Shown in pieces: positions 18,156 to 27,323 of a DNA stretch of 64,000 nucleotides; position 1 is the first letter of the stretch, and each line of letters starts with the position of its first letter. Source of the DNA: Polyangiales bacterium (GTDB lineage: Bacteria; Myxococcota_A; Polyangia; Polyangiales; Houyiibacteriaceae). The position numbers and the translations under genes are program-made. The notes under the pieces were generated by a model that was not told the DNA's origin, made no database searches, and saw only the letters and a program-made list of their open reading frames with translations. The DNA is taken from positions 14,538 to 78,537 of the forward strand of contig JBARTN010000167.1 of the NCBI GenBank assembly GCA_049645265.1, in the 5' to 3' direction.

Positions 18156-21100
18156 GGCTCCCCCACAGCGGTGAGTCCGCGTCGAGCCAGAAGCGAAGAA
18201 GATCGAGGCCGCGGGAAGACATCCTCAGCGCTTCCGGGTTCAACTTTTCGTTCAGCAGCACCGAGAGCCCGGCGCCGATCTCTCCGGACGCCAGTAGTCC
18301 CGCTCGGTCAGCGCTGCGCTGAAGGCTCCGGGCACAGGCGAGCAAGGACGATGAATGGACCTTGGTGCGTCCGACCGTGTGTTGGACCGCTTTGCGCACA
18401 GCACGTCTCAACTTGACATCTACCGCGGGTAGGGGGGAATCCGCCGCCTCGACTTCGCAGCGCGAGACGCGAAGAACGGCCAGCAGTGTCCCGGCGGCCT
18501 GTTCGGGCGAGCCATCGAGGAGCTGGGCGCCTCCCCGTGGCGCTGCCCAGGCGAGGCGGCCGGCGATGAAACGCCCCATCGCGTCGAGGCCCGAGCGTGC
18601 GCCTTCGGGAACGACCCAGCGGATTTCGCCCTCACGGCCTGTCCGTACGACCAGCGTGGCGAGCTCATCCGAGATCTCGACGGAGCCTGCCCTGGCGCCG
18701 AACCGTTGGGACAGTCGCTCGAGCTGGGTGAAGATCGGATCGCTCGGGGCTACCTTCCTCGCGCGCAGGCGATCGTTGCCGAGAGCGGGGCCTGCGCGAA
18801 GCACCAGCTCTTGGAGCACGGGGTCGGCCTTCGGATCCCAGAGCGCGGCAGCCGAGATCTGACCCAGGTCTACGCTGGGATCGTCGCCCGGCGCGGCAAG
18901 CCCAAGCGCGCGCTGTACGGCCAGGGCCGCGGCCGCGCGCTCATGGTGGCCTCGCCATGCGGCGGCACTTCTCAAGGCTTCGAGAAGCGACGCGTCGAGC
19001 TCGCCAGCCTCGATCTGCGACCAGACGGCGGCTTCGTAGCTTGCGACGGCGGTGTCGATCTCTGCACCGTCGACAAGCTCGACCAAGCCCGAGATCGCCG
19101 TCGCGCTGGCGGGCTCCGCTTCGACGGCGCGTCGGTAGGCATCGGTCGCCGCTTCTGGGCGTCCGAGCTCGATTTCGAGGGCGGCGATCCGCGTCCAGGT
19201 TTCCGCGTCGGCGAGCCCGAGCGCTTCGACCGCCCGTAGCTCCGCGAGTGCCTCGTCTTTCGCGCCGAGCTGGGATTCGAGGAAACCCGCGGCGCCGAGG
19301 TGCGCGACTCGCCGCTGATCGTCGGGAATGCTCGCCCGGGACAGGCGTTGCAAGCAGTCGACCGCCTCGGCCCATTGTTCGAGTGAGACATGCACCTCCG
19401 CTGCCAAGGCCAGGGCGCCCGCATGATCCGGATCGGTCGTGAACAGCTCACCGAGCACTTCGAGTGCGCCCGGACGATCGCTGAGTCCGCGCAGAAGGCG
19501 TGCGCGTTCGTAGAGCAGATCCAGTCGATCCTTAGGACCGCCGACGGCAAGCCGTTGCGCGACGAGGTCTTCGAGCGCCTCGGCGTCTTCATGTGCAATG
19601 AACAGGTCACGGAGTCTCCGAAATGCGAGGTCTCGCGTGGGGTCCTCCTCGAGCGCGCGTCGGAAGAGGTCTTCGGCTTGTTGGTACTGCTGCAGGCAAT
19701 CCATCCGCACGACGCCGGCTTCTTCCAAGAGGTCGCCCCTTAGTGACTGTTCGACGAACGGCGCGAGTCGCTCGCAGGCTTGTGCAACCAGCGGCCACTC
19801 CCCGGCCTGGCGAGCCGCGCATCGAAGCGTCTCCCATAGGGCCAGATCGTCGGGCCGTTCGTCAACGGCGTTGCTCAGAATCACGACCGCCTCCGCACCT
19901 CGATCGGCTTCGACCAGCGCGCGGCAATACGCCGCGTCGAGCGCCCCGTGTCCGAGGGCTTCGCTGTGTTGCAGCTTCTGCGCGAGCGCATGGACGCGCA
20001 ATGCGGCGTCGTCACTCGGTGCGAGCGCTTCGTCAATCGCGACCGCGGCGTCTGGATGAAAGCCCGACAGCCCTTCGGCTTCCTGCGCGAGCATGAATAG
20101 CTCGTCCGCAGCGTCGGTCCCTCGCGCAATCGCCGAGGCGCGTAGCCCCTGCAGGAGTGCCCCCGCGCGCAAACCTTCGGTGGGTGCCGCAGCCGACAGC
20201 CGGAGCCAGGCATCGCCTGCGGACGAGCCCTCCTCGCCGAGCGACGCGCGGAGCGCACCATAGGCGGCAGCGAACCCATCCGTGCTTTCGAGTGCCGGGG
20301 CCCCCGCGTCCGCCAGGAGCTCCTCGGCCGCCGCTCGTTGGTCGGCGTTGCTGAGCTGCACAGGCAGGGACAGGATCGCGATCGCGGCAGCCGTGGCTGT
20401 GCTGGGGTGCTCGAGCGCAAGCTCGTAGGCCCGGCATGCGCCGATGTCATCGTCAGGACCCAGGGCGTCGCCCCGAAGCAGGGCGAAGAGCTCGGGCACG
20501 CCTCCACCGAGGCCGCTGTCCGAGAGTGACGCGTACGCGCGCAGTGTTGCATTCGCATCCGCTTGACGGCGGGCGACCTCGAGAAGTGCGAGCGCGGCAG
20601 ACGTCGAGCCTGGCGCCTCCACGAGAGCTTGCTCATATGCATGGCGAGCCGCGGTTAGATTTCCGCTCCGCTCGGCGGTCGCCCCCGCAAGAAGTAGCGA
20701 AAGCTCCCCGAGCGCCGTCCTCGAATCCGCCTTGGCCCGTTCGCGCGCCAAGGAGACAACGTCTTCGGGGCGGCCTCCTTCACGTAGAACCGCATCGAGG
20801 AGCGAGGCGATGTAGCCGTCGTCGGGTGCGGAGGCCAAGGCTGCCCGAAGGACACGTTCGGCCGCGTCCCAGTCGCGGTTTCGCGCGTAGGCCCGCCCAG
20901 CTGCGCACAGGTGTCCGAGGCGAGGATCCCCCGACGCGACCTCGGCGCTCTCCTCGTGAGCTTGGGCCAGCAAGCCGGCGTCGCCTTTCCATGCGGCCTG
21001 CGCTCGTGCGAGTGCTGGAGCCCAACCACGATTGTTCGAGTCGCCCAGGGCGTCGCGAAGGAGTTGCTCGGCGTCTTCTTCCACGTGAAGGGCGTGCAGC

Positions 21101-22620
21101 GTGAGGTCGTACTTGCAGTACGCGAGGGTCGCTCGTTCATCGGGCTCGATGTCACTTTGCATCAGCTCGTCGCAACGCGCGAGAATGGCCTCCGGCCGCT
21201 TGGCGCGCATCGCTGCGCCCAGCGCTTCTCGGACGATCGCGGCCTTCGAGGTCGTGGACGCCTCGATGGCCAAACTGTAGAGCGCTTGCGCGTGGTCCGA
21301 GCTTTCCGCGTCGGCGCTGCTGAGCTGTGCGGCTCTCCAGGCGAGTCGGGCCTGCGTCTCTCCCTTTGCGAGCTCTGCCTGCCGTCGGAAGGCTTCAGCA
21401 CGCTCGGAGTGGCGCGCCCCGCGGATGAGCGCGACGTCGAGCGCCGCCTGGGCATAGCCGGAATCCGGGAACCGTGCCGCCGCATCGCGAGCTGTTTCCA
21501 AGGCGCTTTGGAAATCGTCGCTCGACCTCGCGAGCCGCAGCTCGTGCGCGACGAAGGCCGGGTCCTCTGGGGCCATGGATCGGAACCATTCCGATGCGTT
21601 CTCGGTGGCCGCATCGTCGCCACGGCGCTCTGCAACGAGCAGGGATTGCAATCGGGTCAGCCGACTGTCCGGCACCCATCGCAGCGCCGACTCGAGGTAA
21701 CCTGCCGCGGCGTCGGCGTCGTCGAGATGCGTAGCGCTGCAGGTCGCCGCTTCCTGCCAGAGGTGCGCCGCCATCGGTAGACGCGCGCCCTCTCGGATCG
21801 ACAGACTCAGCGGATCGGGCGAGCCTCCCGGTTCGACTGCGGCTTCGAGCAGGCCGGCCATCGAGGTCACAGCGCGCACGAACACATCCCAGCGCTCGTG
21901 CTCACGGGCCGCACGGGCTTGCAGTGACCTGGCCTGCCAAACGAGCGCATCGCATTCACATGCATGTTCGAGGGCCGCGATGGCATCGTCCGGCTTGCCA
22001 GAGGTGAGCTCGTGGAGCGCGAGGTCGATCCAGAGAGCGGCGCGTAGGGTTGGGTCGGCGGCGTGCTTCGCCTGTGTATGCAGGGCATCCCGAACGGCGC
22101 CATCATCGCCGCGGGCTTCGGCCAGCCATTCGAGAATGAGCGCTGGCACCGCCGGTTCTAAAGAACGCGAAATCGCTTCGCGCAGAAGCGAGGCCCAATC
22201 CTCGGAGCGCATGGCCAAGTCCACGAGCGCAGCGCTGCTCACCGCAGGGCTCGTTGCTCGCGCGACCTGTTCCGAACGAAGCGCCGCCAGGTCGTAACCG
22301 TTCTCCGAGCGTTCCGCGATTCGTAATCGGGCGATGAGGGCCGGCTGGAATCCTGGGGCGACGGCGTTCGCCCGTTCATACTGCTCCATCGCTTCGGAAC
22401 TCTGCTCGAGCTCGTGCTCGCAGAGCGCCCCCACTTGATAGAGAATCGCTGCCTGAGCTCGCGGCTCGGTCTCTGCTTCGAGCTCACGGCGCAGGTTGGC
22501 AATGCGCAGTTCCACCAAGTCGCGCCTGCGCGCACTCTCCGCTAGGCCCATGGACGCCTTTTCGATCATCCGCCGTCCACGACTAGGTAATGGTCCAACC
22601 GCCGTCGATGACCATGACAT
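18148..22620 (-). CDS. Giant TPR-repeat protein (about 1470-1490 aa) with a non-repeat C-terminal module, paralogous in architecture to the downstream gene
   Basis: Continuous ORF of TPR/Sel1-like repeats. The ATG at 22620 would overlap the SDR gene by 38 nt, so Met18 (22569) or Met24 (22551) are alternative starts. Confidence 0.8.
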   Translation of the reverse strand: MSWSSTAVGPLPSRGRRMIEKASMGLAESARRRDLVELRIANLRRELEAETEPRAQAAILYQVGALCEHELEQSSEAMEQYERANAVAPGFQPALIARLRIAERSENGYDLAALRSEQVARATSPAVSSAALVDLAMRSEDWASLLREAISRSLEPAVPALILEWLAEARGDDGAVRDALHTQAKHAADPTLRAALWIDLALHELTSGKPDDAIAALEHACECDALVWQARSLQARAAREHERWDVFVRAVTSMAGLLEAAVEPGGSPDPLSLSIREGARLPMAAHLWQEAATCSATHLDDADAAAGYLESALRWVPDSRLTRLQSLLVAERRGDDAATENASEWFRSMAPEDPAFVAHELRLARSSDDFQSALETARDAAARFPDSGYAQAALDVALIRGARHSERAEAFRRQAELAKGETQARLAWRAAQLSSADAESSDHAQALYSLAIEASTTSKAAIVREALGAAMRAKRPEAILARCDELMQSDIEPDERATLAYCKYDLTLHALHVEEDAEQLLRDALGDSNNRGWAPALARAQAAWKGDAGLLAQAHEESAEVASGDPRLGHLCAAGRAYARNRDWDAAERVLRAALASAPDDGYIASLLDAVLREGGRPEDVVSLARERAKADSRTALGELSLLLAGATAERSGNLTAARHAYEQALVEAPGSTSAALALLEVARRQADANATLRAYASLSDSGLGGGVPELFALLRGDALGPDDDIGACRAYELALEHPSTATAAAIAILSLPVQLSNADQRAAAEELLADAGAPALESTDGFAAAYGALRASLGEEGSSAGDAWLRLSAAAPTEGLRAGALLQGLRASAIARGTDAADELFMLAQEAEGLSGFHPDAAVAIDEALAPSDDAALRVHALAQKLQHSEALGHGALDAAYCRALVEADRGAEAVVILSNAVDERPDDLALWETLRCAARQAGEWPLVAQACERLAPFVEQSLRGDLLEEAGVVRMDCLQQYQQAEDLFRRALEEDPTRDLAFRRLRDLFIAHEDAEALEDLVAQRLAVGGPKDRLDLLYERARLLRGLSDRPGALEVLGELFTTDPDHAGALALAAEVHVSLEQWAEAVDCLQRLSRASIPDDQRRVAHLGAAGFLESQLGAKDEALAELRAVEALGLADAETWTRIAALEIELGRPEAATDAYRRAVEAEPASATAISGLVELVDGAEIDTAVASYEAAVWSQIEAGELDASLLEALRSAAAWRGHHERAAAALAVQRALGLAAPGDDPSVDLGQISAAALWDPKADPVLQELVLRAGPALGNDRLRARKVAPSDPIFTQLERLSQRFGARAGSVEISDELATLVVRTGREGEIRWVVPEGARSGLDAMGRFIAGRLAWAAPRGGAQLLDGSPEQAAGTLLAVLRVSRCEVEAADSPLPAVDVKLRRAVRKAVQHTVGRTKVHSSSLLACARSLQRSADRAGLLASGEIGAGLSVLLNEKLNPEALRMSSRGLDLLRFWLDADSPLWGSHG

Positions 22621-23344
22621 CTCCCGTCACGTAGTCCGATTCGTCCGAAGCCAAGAAGACCGCGCCTCCTGCGATGTCCCGCGGCTGACCAACCCGCCCC
22701 AACGCCGTCTTGTTGACGACGCTGGATCGAATCTCATCGTTGTCGACCAGCACCTGCGCAAACTTGGTTTCGATCAGGCCGGGCGCGATCGCATTGACTC
22801 GAATTCCCGCTGCGCCGAGCTCCATCGCCAAGGTCCTCGTCATCGAGATGACGGCAGATTTGGTCATGGCGTAGACGCCCTGCATCGGCGCGCCCATGAG
22901 GCCGGCGACGCTCGCGATATTGACGAGCGACCCTTTTGCTTTCCGCTGCTGCAAGTGGCCGGCGACGAGCTGGATCATTCCAAAGTAGCCCTTCACATTG
23001 ACCTCGAAGGTTTTGTCCCAGGCCGCTTCGTCGATGCTGAGCATTGGACCAAAGTGCGGGTTGGTCGCCGCGTTGTTCACCAGGATGTCGACCTTGCCAT
23101 AGGCCCGGAGCGCCTGATCGAGCATGTCTTCCCGCTGATTTCGGTGGCCGACGTGGCATGCGATCGGCGTCGCGTCGCCCCCGTGGGCGCGGATCTCGTC
23201 GGCTACGCCTTGCAGGCCATCGATCTTTCGCGAGACGAGAACCACCTTGGCCCCCTCTTCGCCCATGAAGCCGGCAATGGCGGCTCCGATTCCCCGGCTT
23301 GCTCCTGTCACGATCGCGACCTTGTCCCGTAGGCGCTCACCCAT
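22583..23344 (-). CDS. Classical short-chain dehydrogenase/reductase (3-oxoacyl-ACP reductase-like)
   Basis: 253 aa from MGERLRDKVAIVTGASRGIG (TGxxxGIG) with NNAA and catalytic YAMTKSA (YxxxK). The ORF-track N-terminal extension to 23974 is Arg/Asp-rich junk antisense to the antiporter gene. Confidence 0.85.
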   Translation of the reverse strand: MGERLRDKVAIVTGASRGIGAAIAGFMGEEGAKVVLVSRKIDGLQGVADEIRAHGGDATPIACHVGHRNQREDMLDQALRAYGKVDILVNNAATNPHFGPMLSIDEAAWDKTFEVNVKGYFGMIQLVAGHLQQRKAKGSLVNIASVAGLMGAPMQGVYAMTKSAVISMTRTLAMELGAAGIRVNAIAPGLIETKFAQVLVDNDEIRSSVVNKTALGRVGQPRDIAGGAVFLASDESDYVTGDVMVIDGGWTIT

Positions 23345-23524
23345 GCTGTCCCCTCCTGTGGTCCGACACGTATAGCGCTCCGCGGGGTGGTTTTGCCAGC
23401 GCGATCTGCACGAGGCTTGCGCGCTTGCGCTCCTGAGCAAGACTAGGCCGTTCTTCGTTTCGCCGAAGAGGTTGTCCTGACGCTGTTCCAAGCCATAGCC
23501 GCGATCATCGCGGGTTTCGTCGCC

Positions 23525-24469
23525 GTGGTCTGGGGCGCTGATCGTTTCGTGTACGGGGCGGCCGGGCTGGCGAGCCGCCTCGGCGTCAGCCGCCTCGTCA
23601 TCGGGCTGACGGTCGTGGCCTTCGGCACCTCGGCGCCTGAAATGTTGGTCTCCGGCATGGCCGCCATGGCCGGCAGCCGCGAGATGGGCGTCGGAAACGC
23701 CGTCGGCTCGAACATCACCAACGTGACGCTCGTCCTCGGCGCAGCCGCGCTGGTTCAACCTCTCAGCATCCACTCCCGCTTGCTGATCCGAGAGATCCCG
23801 GTTCTGTTTCTCAGCATGGCGGTCGCCTGGGCGTTCCTCTGGGACGGAGAGCTCAGCCGGGTTGAAGGCCTCCTCTTGCTCTTCGGAATGTTCCTCTTGG
23901 TCGCCTGGATTGGCATGCAGGGCCGCAAGACGGACCCGGGGTACAGCGACCCGCTTCCCGGCGCCTTCGAACATGATGACATCCCGGACTCGCTGCCCAC
24001 CGCCAAGGCGATTGTCCTATTCTCCGTCGGTCTACTCCTTCTCTTGGCTGGCTCTCGCGTACTGGTCTGGGGCGCGATCGGGATCGCGCGCGACCTCGGC
24101 GTGAGCGAGCTGGTCGTCGGTCTGACTCTGGTTGCGCTCGGGACGAGCCTTCCTGAGCTCGCAGCTTCCGTGGCGGCCGCGCGCCGCGGGGAACAAGACA
24201 TCGCCGTCGGCAGCGTCGTCGGGTCCAACATGTTCAACCTGCTTGGCGTGCTCGCGCTACCGGGCATCATCGCGCCCGGCGACGTAGACCGCTCCATCAT
24301 CGTTCGTGACTTCCCAATCATGGTGGGTGTGACGCTGCTACTTCTATTGATGGCGGTGAACGAGCGCAGTCAGATCGGCCGCAAACGAGGGCTCGCGCTC
24401 ATCGTCGCCTTCGTCACCTATTTCGTGATGCTCTTTTGGAATCCGTCGCTGCCCCGGCTACCGGGTTAG
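23525..24469 (+). CDS. Ca2+/cation antiporter, CaCA family (YrbG-like)
   Basis: Two alpha-repeat signatures, GTSAPE and GTSLPE, with about 10 TM helices. The first TM helix appears to be encoded upstream of the first canonical start, so the true start is probably near 23477 (see findings). Confidence 0.8.
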   Translation: MVWGADRFVYGAAGLASRLGVSRLVIGLTVVAFGTSAPEMLVSGMAAMAGSREMGVGNAVGSNITNVTLVLGAAALVQPLSIHSRLLIREIPVLFLSMAVAWAFLWDGELSRVEGLLLLFGMFLLVAWIGMQGRKTDPGYSDPLPGAFEHDDIPDSLPTAKAIVLFSVGLLLLLAGSRVLVWGAIGIARDLGVSELVVGLTLVALGTSLPELAASVAAARRGEQDIAVGSVVGSNMFNLLGVLALPGIIAPGDVDRSIIVRDFPIMVGVTLLLLLMAVNERSQIGRKRGLALIVAFVTYFVMLFWNPSLPRLPG

Positions 24470-25083
24470 AGAACGCGGGTCCAGACCAGGGTCATGTTGT
24501 TGGCCGGCATCGACACACGTTCCTGCAGCTCGAATCCGGCGCGCCCGGCGAGCTCCGTGAGCGCATCGATGTCCCGAACACCCCACCGCGGGTTACGCGA
24601 CCGAAGGCTTTGGTCGAACGCTGCGTTGCTTGGCGCGCTGTGCTCGCCGTGGAGCCGGTAGGGGCCGTAGGTGACCAGCGGCGCGCCGTCGGCGAGCAGC
24701 GCGCTTGCGCCGTGGAAAAGGGCCTCAGTGGTTTCCCACGGGGAGATGTGGATCATGTTGATGCACAGCAAGGCATCGGCGCTCGCGATGGGCCATCGAA
24801 GCGTGCGCACGTCGAGCTCGATCGGAGGCAGAAGGTTCTCGTGACCCGATTCCTCGACCCAGGCGGCAATGCTCCGCAAGGCGTCCGCGGATGCATCGCT
24901 CGGCTGCCAGCGCAGCCGGGGGAGGTGCTCCGTAAAAAAGATCGCGTGCTGTCCGGTTCCGCTAGCGACTTCGAGAACGAGCCCGGTGGACGGCAGCACA
25001 CGCCGAAGGACGTCGAGGATCGGTTGCCGATTGCGTTCGGCGGCTGGCGCGAAACCCTTTGCCATCACGCCTGCATAGCCCAT
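24466..25083 (-). CDS. DUF938-type class I SAM-dependent methyltransferase
   Basis: 205-aa ORF with PAAERNRQPILDVL near the N-terminus, an SAM motif I-like LEVASGTGQH, and CINMIHISPW. Matches my memory of the DUF938 family. Confidence 0.65.
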   Translation of the reverse strand: MGYAGVMAKGFAPAAERNRQPILDVLRRVLPSTGLVLEVASGTGQHAIFFTEHLPRLRWQPSDASADALRSIAAWVEESGHENLLPPIELDVRTLRWPIASADALLCINMIHISPWETTEALFHGASALLADGAPLVTYGPYRLHGEHSAPSNAAFDQSLRSRNPRWGVRDIDALTELAGRAGFELQERVSMPANNMTLVWTRVL

Positions 25084-25127
25084 AACTTCCCGTCATCGAA
25101 GCCAACCGCGACGACTGGAGGGGAAAG

Positions 25128-27323
25128 TTGGGCTGGGGGCTCATCGTGGCGCTCTGTCTTGCCACGCCATGGCTCACGCGCGCTCTGCTTCTGCACGAGA
25201 AGCGCCTAGCCTTGGCGCCGATCGACCTGCGCGGCGGTTTGGCCGACGCTTCGGTCGGCTTGCTGTTGGTGGGACTCGTGGGGCTTCTCTTGGCGACCCG
25301 GCGTCTCTGGGGGCGCGTCCTCGCTTTGGCACTCGTCGTCGTGTTCGTTTTCCTGAGCTTCGCGATGTACGAGTTCATCTCGGTTTTCGATTCTCTCTAC
25401 GCGCTCAGTCACGTCGGCTTCCTCGGCGATTCGACGTTTCTCGGGGGCTCGGTCCGGTACGCACGCCACCCGCTGATGGTCCTGTCGATCACGGCCCTCG
25501 CGATCCTCGGGGCGGTTTGGGCGCGCCCTCCTGCTTCCCTCTGGTGGCGATGGTGGGGCCTGGCGTTCGCGGCTTCCGTGTTCGGGCAAGTGGTCATCCC
25601 GACCTCGTACACGCACGACGAGTGGCGCGAACGTCACGCGATTCAGGCGAATCTCGGGATCTATCCTGATTCGGTCCGCCCGAATCGAGTCGCGATCAGT
25701 GCCGAGGTACGAGACGTGTTTCGCGGCAATCTCCGCGGCGAGCGCTGGGTCGGGCCGCTGTCCAATCGGCCGAACGTTCTTCTCATCATGCTCGAAGCAG
25801 CGTCAGGCGCGCACCTGCCTTCGGTCGCGGCTGCCGAAGGTGTCCGGAGCAAGACCGAGATGCCCAAGCTCGACGCGTTGGCTCGCCGGCATGTTTTGTT
25901 CACGCACCTGGTTTCACACCAGCGGCAGACCAACCGTGGGGAGTACGGAATTCTGTGTGGGGACTACCCAAAGCTCCTCACCGACCAGTCCAAGATGAGC
26001 GAACAGGTCTACGCCGCGGCGCGCCGTTGTCTTCCCGAGGTCTTGCGCGAGCAGGGATACGCGACGGCTTACATCCAATCGGCGCCCCTCGGTTTCATGC
26101 TCAAGGACCAGTTCATGAAAAAGGCCGGCTTCGAGGAGCTCATCGGCGACCCCGGGTTCGAGCGGAGCTACGCGCGCACCGACTGGGGCGTCGACGACAA
26201 GGCGTTCTTCGAGCAGTCACTCGGGCGCGTGCTCGAGCTTCACGACGCGGAGCGGCCCTTCTTCGCGACGCTCTTGACGGTGGGCACGCATCACCCTTAC
26301 ACCTTTCCCGACACCGCGGCACCCGAAGGCGCCCGGACCCGGCAAGAGCGCGCGTTTCGTTGGGCCGACGATGCGCTTGCGGATTTCCTTGGGGAGCTCG
26401 AACAGCGCGGGGTGCTGGACGACACGGTCGTGATCATCACCTCGGACGAATCGACGGGCTTGGTGCAGGCCGCGACCGCCACGCAGAGGCTGCTCTCGCA
26501 GAGCTGGTCCTTCGCCGTCGTCATGCTTCCCGAACCCGTGGCGAAACGCGTCGATACGCTCTACGCGCACGTCGACACCGCCCTTTCGGTCACCGACCTC
26601 CTCGGATTGGAGCACGAGGCCGAAGGTTTCGTCGGGCGGAGCTGGTTCCGGGACTACGGCTCACCGCGTCCACTTTTTGCTGGGAACACATATGCCCGCA
26701 GCGTGATGATGTTCGAGCCCTCTGGCAGCGCGGTGGTGTGTAGCGAATCGTTTCTGACGTGTTCGCGCTCGGTCCCGCTGGCAGGTCTGCCGTTCGGACC
26801 AAATCGCGAGAGCGAGCCGGCGCCAGAGCGAGCTCGGCAGCTGCTCACCGAGGTGGCCCGTCTCTCCCGCTCGGGCCGCGCCGACATGACACAGGCCGGG
26901 GGGATCGACCTTCTCGTCGAGGAGCGGGTGTCGGTGCCAGCCGCTGATGGCAAGAAGCTGCTGATCGGCGGTCAGTATCTCCGGGTTCCTGGCGGCACGA
27001 CCTTGCGCGTCCATTTGGATCTCGAAGTCCTAGGCGAGCAATCCACAATCGAGCTCCATCAAGATGTATTTCTCGACGGCTACGTGAAGTTCGAGCGAAA
27101 GGCTTTCGAGCTCCGAGGCGGCGAGCGCTGGCGTTTGAGCTATGAGATCGGCGTTCCACGCGACGCCAGCCAACTCGTGGTGCAGCTCTACGCGACGACC
27201 GTTTCGGGTGAAGCCGCGTCGATCCGTTTCTACGACGCCCGGCTCTCGATGATCGCCGGCGACGTGACTTCCGATGATGCGGTCGTCATTCAGGACGAGG
27301 TGTCTCGGGCCGATCCCCGCTGA
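25128..27323 (+). CDS. LtaS/MdoB-like membrane phosphotransferase (sulfatase/alkaline-phosphatase superfamily) with an extra C-terminal domain
   Basis: 731-aa ORF. It has about 5 N-terminal TM helices followed by PNVLLIMLEAASG, TEMPKLDALARRHVLF, HQRQTNRGEYGILCG (Thr nucleophile position) and VVIITSDE. About 200 aa of beta-rich C-terminal extension follows. Confidence 0.65.
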   Translation: MGWGLIVALCLATPWLTRALLLHEKRLALAPIDLRGGLADASVGLLLVGLVGLLLATRRLWGRVLALALVVVFVFLSFAMYEFISVFDSLYALSHVGFLGDSTFLGGSVRYARHPLMVLSITALAILGAVWARPPASLWWRWWGLAFAASVFGQVVIPTSYTHDEWRERHAIQANLGIYPDSVRPNRVAISAEVRDVFRGNLRGERWVGPLSNRPNVLLIMLEAASGAHLPSVAAAEGVRSKTEMPKLDALARRHVLFTHLVSHQRQTNRGEYGILCGDYPKLLTDQSKMSEQVYAAARRCLPEVLREQGYATAYIQSAPLGFMLKDQFMKKAGFEELIGDPGFERSYARTDWGVDDKAFFEQSLGRVLELHDAERPFFATLLTVGTHHPYTFPDTAAPEGARTRQERAFRWADDALADFLGELEQRGVLDDTVVIITSDESTGLVQAATATQRLLSQSWSFAVVMLPEPVAKRVDTLYAHVDTALSVTDLLGLEHEAEGFVGRSWFRDYGSPRPLFAGNTYARSVMMFEPSGSAVVCSESFLTCSRSVPLAGLPFGPNRESEPAPERARQLLTEVARLSRSGRADMTQAGGIDLLVEERVSVPAADGKKLLIGGQYLRVPGGTTLRVHLDLEVLGEQSTIELHQDVFLDGYVKFERKAFELRGGERWRLSYEIGVPRDASQLVVQLYATTVSGEAASIRFYDARLSMIAGDVTSDDAVVIQDEVSRADPR

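Noticed and set aside
23345-23974. N-terminal 210-codon extension of the SDR ORF in the track. Analogous extensions: pspA to 43887, the DUF2520 gene to 12675, nadD to 13013, thiS to 58103 and thiE to 57022.
   Set aside because: The extensions are compositionally aberrant and overlap better-supported genes. Internal ATG codons give proteins that begin exactly at the conserved family N-termini.
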